Assembly: GCA_951813535.1 (NCBI GenBank)
Contig: OX638345.1
Location: 3,028,608 to 3,092,607 of the forward strand
DNA length: 64,000 bases
Source of the DNA: an uncultured Dehalococcoidia bacterium
Lineage (GTDB): Bacteria > Chloroflexota > Dehalococcoidia > Lucifugimonadales > UBA3495
Reading direction: 5' to 3'
Positions 9,176 to 17,929 of the stretch are shown here, one piece after another (within the stretch, counting starts at the first letter, position 1; every line of letters starts with the position of its first letter). Made by a program: the position numbers and the translations under genes. Under the pieces are notes generated by a model. The model ran no database searches. It worked only from the letters and a program-made list of their open reading frames with translations, and was not told the origin of the DNA.

Positions 9176-10105
9176 CTATACCATGAATACCGGGGAGTCG
9201 TCCCGGTTGATCCGGGTCTCCGCCGCAATGCCATCCCGAATATGCCTGGGCAGGGCGAACATGGCTTCGTGGCTCCGCCCATCGTAGTGTCGCAGCGGCT
9301 GGGTTACCCTTTCTCCCAGACGCCGGTCCACCTCGGAGGCAGGCAACTCTGGCAGGGGAGAGTCGGACGCGACGGTAAATCCCCAAAGCGTGATGAAGGA
9401 GGGAACGTGAACCTGGTACGGCGCGGTGTGGCTGAAAATGCTTTCCAGCGTCTTGTAGATCGTCGTGAAACACTCGTGCAAGCTCAGAAATCCTGCCGGC
9501 CCTGATTGCGTCACCAGGATCCCGCCGGGATTCAACCGCGCGCGTGCGATTTCGTAGTATTCCTCGGTATAGAGGAGGTAAGCAGGGCCGCCCTCCAAGG
9601 GGTCGACCAGGTCCATGATCATCACGTCGAAGGACTGGTCGGTGGACTGGAGATACCCGCGAGCATCGTCGAAAACCAATTCGGTTCGCGTGTCGTCAAA
9701 TGCGCCTCCATGATGCTGCGGCAGGTGCTCTCTGCACAGAGCGACCACCTGCCGGTCGAGGTCGACCATGACCGCCTTTTCCACTGAGTGGTGCGCCAGG
9801 GTCTCCCGCAATGTCCCGCCTTCGCCTCCGCCACCGATAAAGACCCGCCGCGGATCGGGATGCAAAAGCATGGCGGGATGAACCAGGGTCTCGTGGTAAA
9901 TATGCTCGTCCCGCTCGGTTGACTGGGTCTTGCCGTCCAGGAGCAGGCTGCGCCCGTACACCTCGGAATGCACCACCTCCACCCGCTGGTATCCCGTGTG
10001 ACCCGAATAGAGGACCTCGTCAACCTTGAGCATGATCGCCAGGTCGGGCATCACGGTCTCGATCACCCACTTGCCGGTGATCTCTTCCATTGGGTAGCTG
10101 GCCAT
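9176..10105 (-). CDS. speE: Spermidine synthase (polyamine aminopropyltransferase)
   Basis: GYQRVEVVHSEVYGRSLLLDGKTQSTERDEHIYHETLVHPAML..VFIGGGGEGGTLRE. Start set at ATG 10105, preceded by GAAGGAG. The longer ORF from GTG 10186 has no SD. Confidence 0.9.
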   Translation of the reverse strand: MASYPMEEITGKWVIETVMPDLAIMLKVDEVLYSGHTGYQRVEVVHSEVYGRSLLLDGKTQSTERDEHIYHETLVHPAMLLHPDPRRVFIGGGGEGGTLRETLAHHSVEKAVMVDLDRQVVALCREHLPQHHGGAFDDTRTELVFDDARGYLQSTDQSFDVMIMDLVDPLEGGPAYLLYTEEYYEIARARLNPGGILVTQSGPAGFLSLHECFTTIYKTLESIFSHTAPYQVHVPSFITLWGFTVASDSPLPELPASEVDRRLGERVTQPLRHYDGRSHEAMFALPRHIRDGIAAETRINRDDSPVFMV

Positions 10106-10204
10106 CGGGGCTCCTTCGACAAAATGCGGCCTGAGTGGAGCAGACGGCCTCGACTCAAGCGGCCGGAAAACCGACCGTCGCTTCACTTGGAGTGCGAGCC
10201 GGCG

Positions 10205-10594
10205 TCAGTTCAGGTGGTGCGCCGGTTGTAGTTCCACAACGTGCGCGCCGGTGAGCCCGCGGCGGATCTGTGTGATCTCAGGATCCCGGCAACGCAGCGC
10301 TTCAATTATCACCGCCGCTGCGCGTTCCGGCATGGTTTGGTCACCGCAGGTGAAGATGTCCGCCGCCGCGTAGCCATGCTCCGGCCAGGTATGGATGGAA
10401 ATGTGGGATTCGGCGATGGACAGAATGCCCGTTACGCCCTGAGGCGTAAATTGATGAAACGACTCCCCGACCACATGGGATTCTACCGATGCCGCCGCCC
10501 GTAACATCTCCTGCCGGATATGGGCCAAGTCGTCGAGCAGACGGGGGTCGCAATCTCTAAGTTCCAGGAGCACGTGCGTACCTAGTACATCCAA
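10205..10594 (-). CDS. speH: S-adenosylmethionine decarboxylase proenzyme (small bacterial/archaeal type)
   Basis: LGTHVLLELRDCD..GVTGILSIAESHISIHTWPEHGYAAADIFTCG includes the ES|H self-cleavage site. TTG start at 10594 after GGAGGAAAGG. Confidence 0.9.
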   Translation of the reverse strand: MDVLGTHVLLELRDCDPRLLDDLAHIRQEMLRAAASVESHVVGESFHQFTPQGVTGILSIAESHISIHTWPEHGYAAADIFTCGDQTMPERAAAVIIEALRCRDPEITQIRRGLTGAHVVELQPAHHLN

Positions 10595-10669
10595 TCACCC
10601 TTTCCTCCGTGTGGATTGGCTCCCCCGGCCGGGCGGAGCCCGCACGATCCTTGGGAACAGCAGGCGACG

Positions 10670-10698
10670 ATTTTACCCAATACGGCCCGCCGATACAA
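10670..10698 (-). promoter_or_regulatory. Candidate promoter of speH-speE
   Basis: Minus strand reads TTGTAT-17 nt-TAAAAT, about 75 nt upstream of TTG 10594. Confidence 0.35.
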
Positions 10699-10889
10699 GT
10701 ATAAACTCTTCAGCCCGGATGCGCCCGAGACCTCCCGGTTTCCTAGATGCGGGCGTAGCGCGTCCTTCCCCGCCATCCACGCCCTGATCGGCGACGCTGA
10801 ACACCCTTTTGCCGACGGGTGTCATCGGCGACCCGATGCAGCGGGCTTCGACGGTCGCCGCCCGTCGCCGGAAGTACGTGGCGGTCAAC

Positions 10890-10918
10890 TTGACCCCCCA
10901 TTTGCCCTGTGCTTTACT
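10890..10918 (+). promoter_or_regulatory. Candidate promoter of the LLM-led five-gene cluster
   Basis: TTGACC-17 nt-TTTACT, about 60 nt upstream of ATG 10979. Confidence 0.35.
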
Positions 10919-10978
10919 TTCCCAGCGGTCGCGCCGGATGCGAGCCGGTAGGCTGCGAACGTCCCCAGAGGATAGCCC

Positions 10979-12028
10979 ATGCATTTCGGCATGTTCATGC
11001 AGTTTGAAACGCGCCCGGGAGGCAGCCAGGCCGCGGCTTTCGCCGAGGGTTTCGAACTGGTGGATGCTGCCGAAGAATGCGGTCTCGACGGAGCCTGGCT
11101 GGCGGAAATGCATTTCACGCCTGACCGGTCGGTGCTCTCGTCTCCGATAACGATTGCCAGCAGCATCGCGACGCGAACGCGGCGCCTGCGCATCGGCATG
11201 GCGGTCTACGTCCTGCCCCTGAACAACCCCCTGCGGATCGCCGAGGAAGTCGCCACCGTCGACCAGATCAGCGAAGGACGGTTCGACTTCGGCATCGGCC
11301 GCAGCGGGTTTGCCCGCTCGTACGACATTTACGGCGTGCCCTACGACGAGAGCCGCGACCGCTTCCGCGAGGCCCTGGACATCATCCTGCAGGCCTGGGA
11401 GGGCGAGCCCTTTTCCTACGACGGCAGCTTCTATCAGGTGACCGACGCCACGGTGGCGCCCCTGCCCTACCAGCGTCCCCATCCGCCTTTCCGTATGGCC
11501 GCCACCACTGCCGAGACTTTCCCGCGCGCCGGAACCGACGGCTACCCAATTTTCGTCGGCCTGCGCGGCATGGACATTCCCGAACTTCGGGACAACCTCA
11601 AAGCATACCGGGCTGCGTGGAAGGCGGCCGGACATCCTGGCCAGGGAGACGTTTCTCTGCGCGTGCCGGTCTACGTTGGCCTGAGCGAAACCGGCGCCGT
11701 GGAAGAGCCCTTCGAAAGCATCCAGGCCTATTTTGGCCGCATGGGCCGCCTCTACGCCGCCGATTCCGGCTCGGCCGGCATCCAGTCGACGGAGTTGCGT
11801 GACCAACGCGGCGCCCGCCTTTCCGCTCTGTCATACGATGACATCCTTGCCACCAAGGTGGCATTTGGCACGCCCGACGGCCTGGTCGACCGTTTTACCC
11901 AACTGCGAGAAGAACTCGGGCTGGATGGCGTGGTAGCGGAGCTCAACGCCGGCGGGCTGATCCCTCACGACGTCATTGTACGCAACATCCGCCTGCTGAC
12001 CGAGAAGGTCATGCCGGCGTTCAAGTGA
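10979..12028 (+). CDS. LLM-class (luciferase-like) flavin-dependent oxidoreductase
   Basis: MHFGMFMQFE..AEECGLDGAWLAEMHF..RLRIGMAVYVLPLNNPLRIAEEVATVDQISEGRFDFGIG is the typical LLM pattern. Confidence 0.85.
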   Translation: MHFGMFMQFETRPGGSQAAAFAEGFELVDAAEECGLDGAWLAEMHFTPDRSVLSSPITIASSIATRTRRLRIGMAVYVLPLNNPLRIAEEVATVDQISEGRFDFGIGRSGFARSYDIYGVPYDESRDRFREALDIILQAWEGEPFSYDGSFYQVTDATVAPLPYQRPHPPFRMAATTAETFPRAGTDGYPIFVGLRGMDIPELRDNLKAYRAAWKAAGHPGQGDVSLRVPVYVGLSETGAVEEPFESIQAYFGRMGRLYAADSGSAGIQSTELRDQRGARLSALSYDDILATKVAFGTPDGLVDRFTQLREELGLDGVVAELNAGGLIPHDVIVRNIRLLTEKVMPAFK

Positions 12029-12068
12029 CCCTCCCCGGCGCAATCGAATTGAAGAGGTGACCGAACCC

Positions 12069-13058
12069 ATGAAAGTCGCTGTCCTCGATGACTATCAGAG
12101 CGTCGCCTCCAGTATGGCCGATTGGTCGAGCCTCCCCGACGGCACAGAGGTCGACTTCTTCAGCGATCATCTGGCCGATGAGGATGCATTGGCGGCTCGG
12201 CTGGCCGATTTTGATATCGTCATGGGCATGCGGGAACGCACCGCTTTCCCGCGCTCCCTGCTGGAACGGCTGCCCGCCCTGCGTTGCCTGATCACCACCG
12301 GAGCGCGCAACGCCTCGTTCGACATCGACGCGGCCACCGAGCTGGGAATCACCGTCTGCGGTACGCCCGGCCAGGGGGAGGGCCCCACCGAGCTGACCTG
12401 GGGTCTGATTATCGGCCTGATGCGTCGCATCTCCGAGGAGGACCGCGCCACGCGTGAACAGGGTAAATGGGGCATCCATGTGGGGTCGAGCCTGCAGGGG
12501 AAGACCCTAGCGCTGCTGGGACTCGGACATATCGGCTCGCTGGTCGCCCGCGTCGGCAACGCTTTCGATATGCGGGTCATCGCGTGGAGCCAGAACCTCA
12601 CGCCGGAGCGAGCCGCGGAGTGCCACGCCACCCTGGTCGACAGGGACACCCTGTTCGCCGAGGGCGACGTCGTTTCCGTCCACGTCCGGCTGAGCGACCG
12701 CACCCGCGGCCTGGTGGGATCCCACGAAATCGGCCTGATGAAACCGTCGGCGATCCTGGTGAACATCTCCCGTGGCCCCATCGTTGACGAAGCGGCGTTG
12801 GTTGACGCGCTCCAGCGGCACGCCATCGGTGGCGCCGCGCTGGACACCTTCGACGTGGAACCCCTGCCGGTTGACCATCCCTTCCTGACGCTGGACAACA
12901 CCCTCGTTACGCCCCACGTCGGATACGTCACCCAGGAAGGGTACCGTGCCTTCTACTCCGGCGTCGTCGAGAACATCCGGGCGTTCGCTTCCGGCGAATC
13001 GATTCGGGTCGTCAACCTCGACGTGCTCCAATCGTCCAATCTGCGCGGCCCGGCCTGA
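12069..13058 (+). CDS. D-isomer-specific 2-hydroxyacid dehydrogenase family protein
   Basis: NAD motif LGLLGLGHIGSLVARV, plus catalytic-region ILVNISRGPIVDE and TPHVGYVT. ATG 12069 follows GAAGAGG. Confidence 0.8.
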   Translation: MKVAVLDDYQSVASSMADWSSLPDGTEVDFFSDHLADEDALAARLADFDIVMGMRERTAFPRSLLERLPALRCLITTGARNASFDIDAATELGITVCGTPGQGEGPTELTWGLIIGLMRRISEEDRATREQGKWGIHVGSSLQGKTLALLGLGHIGSLVARVGNAFDMRVIAWSQNLTPERAAECHATLVDRDTLFAEGDVVSVHVRLSDRTRGLVGSHEIGLMKPSAILVNISRGPIVDEAALVDALQRHAIGGAALDTFDVEPLPVDHPFLTLDNTLVTPHVGYVTQEGYRAFYSGVVENIRAFASGESIRVVNLDVLQSSNLRGPA

Positions 13059-13087
13059 CGCCGGCCGTCCATCAGGAGACTACCCCA

Positions 13088-14059
13088 ATGAAAGCCCTGC
13101 GCATCGAGGAATACGGCAGTGTCGAGGTCCTGGAGTGGAAGGACACGCCGGAGCCCACGCCCAACCCGCACCAGGTTCTGATCAAGGTCGACGCGGCCGG
13201 CGTCAACTACGCCGACATCATGCGCCGCCAGGGTAATTACCCCGGGCCCGACCTGCCGGCCACGCTTGGGTTGGAAGCCGCGGGAACCATCGCCGCACTG
13301 GGCTCGGACGTGACCGATGGCCGGCTGGCGGTGGGCCAACGGGTCATGGCCATGGGTCCCCAGGGCCAGGCAGAGTACGTCGCGGTCAATCACAACTTCG
13401 TTTTCCCGTACCCCGAGGGCATCGATCCGATCCACGCCGGCGGCATGCCCATTACCTTCCTGACCTCTTACCATCTGCTGAAGACCCGAGGCCAGATGCA
13501 GGCCGGCAATACGGTGCTGATCCAGGCCGGCGCGTCCGGCGTGGGCACCGTGGCCATCCAGCTCGCGAAGGAATGGGGCGCGCGAGTGGTGGCGACCGCC
13601 TCCACCCAGGACAAGTTGGACCTCTGCCGCTCCCTGGGCGCGGACGTCACCATCAACTACACCGAAACCGATTTCGAGGACGAGGTCCAGGATCTGACTG
13701 ACGGTCGGGGCGTCGCCCTGGTGCTGGAGTGTGTGGGCGGGCCCGTGCTGGAAAAGTCGGTGCGCTGCGTCGCCTCCTACGGGCGGGTGATCAGCTACGG
13801 CAACGCCAGCGGACAGCCGGCCAACCTGGCGGCCGCCGACATCACCACCGTGAATCGCACCGTCATCGGCTTCAGCATGGGCCGCTCGCCCATCGGCTCC
13901 CTGGACCACCAGGGCGCGATGAATGACCTGGTCCCCATGATCATGGACGGACGGCTCAAGCTGATCGTCGACAGAGTAATCCCGATGTCGGAGGCAGGCA
14001 ACGCCCACCTGCACCTGGCCTCGCGCGGCACCCGGGGCAAGGTGATCCTGACCCCGTGA
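13088..14059 (+). CDS. NADPH:quinone oxidoreductase / zeta-crystallin-type MDR family
   Basis: MKALRIEEYG..VLIKVDAAGVNYADI..GNTVLIQAGASGVGTVAIQLAK, with no Zn-ligand Cys cluster visible. Confidence 0.8.
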   Translation: MKALRIEEYGSVEVLEWKDTPEPTPNPHQVLIKVDAAGVNYADIMRRQGNYPGPDLPATLGLEAAGTIAALGSDVTDGRLAVGQRVMAMGPQGQAEYVAVNHNFVFPYPEGIDPIHAGGMPITFLTSYHLLKTRGQMQAGNTVLIQAGASGVGTVAIQLAKEWGARVVATASTQDKLDLCRSLGADVTINYTETDFEDEVQDLTDGRGVALVLECVGGPVLEKSVRCVASYGRVISYGNASGQPANLAAADITTVNRTVIGFSMGRSPIGSLDHQGAMNDLVPMIMDGRLKLIVDRVIPMSEAGNAHLHLASRGTRGKVILTP

Positions 14060-14895
14060 GTTCCGCCGCCGAGCGATACGCTGCTGTCCACGACGCGGCC
14101 CTGGCGGCGGGGCGTTTCGCCGATCACCGCCGCCGAACCGACCACTGGGCCGACCTGGCGGATCAGTTCCGCCTGGACCCCCACCGTCCGTGGGACAAAA
14201 ACCTGCACGCCATCGCCGGCTACCTGCAGCCGACGGATGTGCTGCTCGACGTTGGGGGCGGAGCCGGTCGTGTGTCGCTGCCGCTGGCCGGCCAGGTACG
14301 AGAGGTCGTGCTGGTAGAGCCGTCCGAAAGCATGCGCGGCCAGTTTATTGCATCGCGCGACGGGGCGGGGATCACCAACGCGCGTGTGTCGCCGGACTGG
14401 TGGATGGAGTCCGACGAGACCGGCGACGTGGCCGTCACGTCGGACGTGGTCTACTTCGTGCGCGACATCGTTCCCTTTCTCGCCAAGCTGCATAATTCCG
14501 CATCCAGGCGAGTGATCATTTGCATCTGGCGACCCACGCCGGGCGATATGGACAACGAACTGCGGCGCGTCCTCTACGACGAACAACCCACGCCGTGGCC
14601 CGGTCTCCCTGAGTTGGCGGCCGTGATGTGGGAAATGGGCCTTCTGCCTGACCTGGAAGTAATCCCCCAACCGCCGTGGTGGATTCCGGAGGCGGCCGGC
14701 GGTTTGTCTGAGATCCAGGCGGTGGAGCTGACGATGGGCAGACTGGAGCACGACGACGAACCCACCCGTGCGCTCATCGAAAGCAACTTTGACCGCCTGT
14801 TCGAGCGGAGGCCGGATGGATTGAGCCCACGCTGGCTGAGCGGCGCGCGCGAGGTGATGATCACGTGGGAGACCAATGGGACGCGGCTGGATTGA
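14056..14895 (+). CDS. Class I SAM-dependent methyltransferase
   Basis: Motif I VLLDVGGGAGRVSLPLA. GTG start overlaps the upstream stop (GTGA at 14056-14059). Confidence 0.65.
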   Translation: MSSAAERYAAVHDAALAAGRFADHRRRTDHWADLADQFRLDPHRPWDKNLHAIAGYLQPTDVLLDVGGGAGRVSLPLAGQVREVVLVEPSESMRGQFIASRDGAGITNARVSPDWWMESDETGDVAVTSDVVYFVRDIVPFLAKLHNSASRRVIICIWRPTPGDMDNELRRVLYDEQPTPWPGLPELAAVMWEMGLLPDLEVIPQPPWWIPEAAGGLSEIQAVELTMGRLEHDDEPTRALIESNFDRLFERRPDGLSPRWLSGAREVMITWETNGTRLD

Positions 14896-14926
14896 ACGGG
14901 AGCTGTCGACTGGACAGGAGAACGCA

Positions 14927-15919
14927 ATGGAACGTATCGGAGTAGCCTTTGCGGGTGGCGGGATGACGCCGCCCGAGATCGTCGAGTGCGTGCGATTGGC
15001 CGAGGAACTCGGTTACGACTCAGCGTGGGTCGCCGAGGGCCACGGGGGCGACCAGTTTTCCATCCTCACCGCGTGCGCGCTGGCGACTTCGCGCATACGC
15101 CTGGGAACCAGCATCAGCAGCGTTTTCGTGCGCAGCGCCCCCACTATTGCGATGGCTGCGGCGTGCGTGGACCATTTTTCCAACGGGCGCTTCATCCTCG
15201 GGCTGGGCAGCAGCCACAGGGTGCAGGTCGAGCCCGAGCACGGCCTGGAGTTCTCGGGCCCCATCCCCAGGGTTCGTGACACCGTGGACATTGTCCGCCG
15301 ACTGTTGCGCGACGGTGCGGTAACCAACTACCGGGGCGAGGCGATCAACATCGGCGCCTTCGACCTCCACTTTCCGACCTTCCGGCCGGAGATGCCCATC
15401 TACCTGGCGGCGGTTTTTCCCAAGATGCTCGAAATCGCCGGCGAGATCAGCCAGGGGATTTTGCTCACCTGGTGCACGCCGGAACACGCGCGAACCGCCA
15501 GCGCGCGCATCGCAGCCGGCGCAGCTCGAGCCGGGGTAGCACGGGAATCGGTCGAGGTGGCGACTCTGGTGTCCGTGTCCGCGCCGGGCACGGATGATGG
15601 CGGAATGCGCCGGGTGGCCGCGACCTACGCCGGAAGGTTCCCCAGATATCGTCGGTTGATGGCGGAAGCCGGATTCCCTGACGAGGTGGACGAGGTGCGA
15701 CGGGCCTGGCGCGAGGGCAATGTGACGCTAGCCGAAAGTCTCGTTCCGGAAGGACTGATCAATCGAATGTCGCTGCCCACAGATCCGGAGGCCAGGCGCG
15801 AGCGGCTGGCCGAATACCGGGAAGCCGGGCTCACTTTGCCAATCATCGCTCCCCGCGTATCCGGCCCCGACGCCGGCGCGACCGCGAAACAGATCATCCG
15901 CGAAAACGCGCCGGCTTAG
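14927..15919 (+). CDS. LLM-class F420/flavin-dependent oxidoreductase
   Basis: MERIGVAF..AEELGYDSAWVAEGHGGDQFS..RIRLGTSISSVFVRSAPTIAMAAACVDHFSNGRFILGLGSS. ATG 14927 follows GGAGAA. Confidence 0.85.
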   Translation: MERIGVAFAGGGMTPPEIVECVRLAEELGYDSAWVAEGHGGDQFSILTACALATSRIRLGTSISSVFVRSAPTIAMAAACVDHFSNGRFILGLGSSHRVQVEPEHGLEFSGPIPRVRDTVDIVRRLLRDGAVTNYRGEAINIGAFDLHFPTFRPEMPIYLAAVFPKMLEIAGEISQGILLTWCTPEHARTASARIAAGAARAGVARESVEVATLVSVSAPGTDDGGMRRVAATYAGRFPRYRRLMAEAGFPDEVDEVRRAWREGNVTLAESLVPEGLINRMSLPTDPEARRERLAEYREAGLTLPIIAPRVSGPDAGATAKQIIRENAPA

Positions 15920-15941
15920 CGTCTAGACCGGCCGGGACGGG

Positions 15942-16310
15942 TTACTGATCCGCCGGCAGCCAGGGCGACCACAGGGTGATGGGAATGGTCACCGAGATAC
16001 GCGGCTGGTTGCCCACCACGGCGGTGGTGTGCCCCTGACCGGTGAGGTCATCAGCCATCAACACGTCTCCGGCCCCGAAACGACGCTTGGTCCCGTCGCC
16101 GATCCCGACCTCCATTTCACCGGCCAGCGTGATGACATACTGGCGCCGCGGCGCCGTATGCCAGTCGGAAAAATATCCGGGCTCGAATCTCCGGAAATTC
16201 ACGCCCGGCGTGACCTGCATCCCGCTGTGGATGGCGCGATCGGCCGGAAGGTCAAGGTCCTCAAAGTGGGTCTGGCCATCATCGCCGGTGTAAATGCGAA
16301 CAAATACCAT
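15942..16310 (-). CDS. Cupin domain protein (paralog of 60946..61314)
   Basis: MVFVRIYTGDDGQTHFEDL..WHTAPRRQYVITLAGEMEVGIGDGTKRRFGAGDVLMADDLTGQGHTT. ATG 16310 is preceded by AGGAGG. The upstream part of the 188-aa ORF looks non-coding. Confidence 0.7.
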   Translation of the reverse strand: MVFVRIYTGDDGQTHFEDLDLPADRAIHSGMQVTPGVNFRRFEPGYFSDWHTAPRRQYVITLAGEMEVGIGDGTKRRFGAGDVLMADDLTGQGHTTAVVGNQPRISVTIPITLWSPWLPADQ

Positions 16311-16583
16311 GGAAGGTGCCTCCTGGTTCAAATTCGTGCCGACGGCATGCGCTGGACAAGATCCGAGCCGGCCGTCAAACCGCCGACATTCTAGCGCATC
16401 GCGCAGTTGATGGTGACCGAATTCCCGGCCTTGCGGCCTTCCGACACGCTCATGTCGTACCGGTTGACACGGGAGGCACAGAGAAACGGAGGCGCCATAT
16501 TGCCGCAACGCGCGAGGCCAGTCCCGTTTCTTTACATCCGATCCGGGCCTATGGTACGATCATCCTAATAGGCGTAAAATCTG

Positions 16584-16658
16584 GCGGAAGTGGCTCAGTG
16601 GTAGAGCGTCTCCTTGCCAAGGAGAAGGTCGCGGGTTCGAATCCCGTCTTCCGCTCCA
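16584..16658 (+). tRNA. tRNA-Gly (anticodon GCC), CCA encoded
   Basis: Hand-folded cloverleaf: acceptor gcggaag/cttccgc, D arm gctc-agtggta-gagc, anticodon arm tctcc-ttGCCaa-ggaga, T arm gcggg-ttcgaat-cccgt, discriminator t, then cca. Confidence 0.93.
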
Positions 16659-16672
16659 CCTTTTGGAACAGT

Positions 16673-16698
16673 AACGGCTCTGTTTGGAGCCGTTTTTG
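16673..16698 (+). terminator. Intrinsic terminator after tRNA-Gly
   Basis: aacggctc-tgtttg-gagccgtt followed by tttt. Confidence 0.55.
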
Positions 16699-17073
16699 CG
16701 TGCTGAATTGCCGGGGCTGGATCGTGATCGCGCAACCGAACCTGATTTCGCGCTGTCGGATGGCGCGGCCTTGCGGCCTCGGGATACCCAACTCGGGCAA
16801 CAGCGCGTGCCGCCATACTTCGCGACGTATCCTGGACTGCCTTCAGTTCTGGCCAATCGCCCGGTTAAGACATGCAGCAATGGACAGGTGCGCGCTTGAC
16901 GGATGGAAGGCTGCAAAGCCACGCAGTCGTCGAACAGCGTCTCCTCGATGCGAAGGGCCATCGGCTCCAATCACGTACACCCGCACGACCGGGGGAGTCA
17001 GGCCACAGAATCTACCCGGTTTCCCGAAGTTTTCCGGCCAGATGCAAGGTCCCGGATTGTCAAGCGATGCCAA

Positions 17074-17826
17074 TCAGCCGAAGTATCCCTGCCCGCCATT
17101 CACGTGAATGGTCTGGCCGGTGATGAAGCCGCCATCGTCCGTGCAGAGGAACGTTACCGTCGCGGCGATCTCATCGGGCTTGCCCTGGCGTCCCAACGGA
17201 ATTCCCGAGGAGTCGGGAACCCGGCCGGCGTACCATTCCGGGTTGGCGCGGCTGGTGTCTATGCTTCCCGGCGACACGACGTTGACGCGGATGTTGCTGC
17301 CGGCGAACTCGGAGGCGAGGCTCCGGGCCATGCCCACCATTCCCATCTTGGCCGCCGAGACGTGGGCGCGCCGGGCGCTGCCCCGAAAGGCCCCGTCACC
17401 GGTGAGGAATACGATCCTGCCGAAATTGTTGTCCACCATCTGCTGGATAACGCCCTTCACGGTGTAGAAGGAACCATCCAGGATCACGCCACGAACGTAT
17501 TCCCAGTCATCCAGCGTGAGTTCGGTGAAAGGCTTATGCGGGCGAATTGCAGCATTATTCACCAGGATGTCGATGCGTCCAAACGTGGACATGGCAGCAT
17601 CGATCATGGCATCAACTTGGTCCTTCTGGGAAACGTCGGCAAGAACGGGCAGAGCCTTGACGCCCAGTTCTTCCACGGCCGCCGCAGTCGCCTCCGCCTC
17701 GTCGCGGTTGCTGCGCGCGTTTACCACAATGTTGGCCCCTTCCGCAGCCATCATCAACGCGGTGGCCCGACCGATGTTCCGACCCGAGCCGGTGATCAAT
17801 GCTACTCTGCCGTCCAGTTTGCCCAT
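17074..17826 (-). CDS. SDR family oxidoreductase (FabG-like)
   Basis: GRVALITGSGRNIGRA (TGxxxGxG), NNAA and a later S..Y...K region (MVGMARSLA). ATG 17826 follows AGGAGA. Confidence 0.85.
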   Translation of the reverse strand: MGKLDGRVALITGSGRNIGRATALMMAAEGANIVVNARSNRDEAEATAAAVEELGVKALPVLADVSQKDQVDAMIDAAMSTFGRIDILVNNAAIRPHKPFTELTLDDWEYVRGVILDGSFYTVKGVIQQMVDNNFGRIVFLTGDGAFRGSARRAHVSAAKMGMVGMARSLASEFAGSNIRVNVVSPGSIDTSRANPEWYAGRVPDSSGIPLGRQGKPDEIAATVTFLCTDDGGFITGQTIHVNGGQGYFG

Positions 17827-17929
17827 GTCTGCAAGTCTCCTGGTCGTTTTCCGTTGGTCGTTGAAGTCAGTGACCGAGATTATAGCGCACCTGCTGACGC
17901 ATAGCCGCGTTGACTCTATACTGCCGATC

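Noticed and set aside
16659-17073. 415-bp non-coding stretch after tRNA-Gly as a possible island integration site; GGCCTTGCGGCC palindromes at about 16428 and about 16769
   Set aside because: There is no integrase, no repeat of the tRNA 3' end elsewhere in the window, and no compositional shift. The palindromes are short and GC-rich enough to arise by chance.
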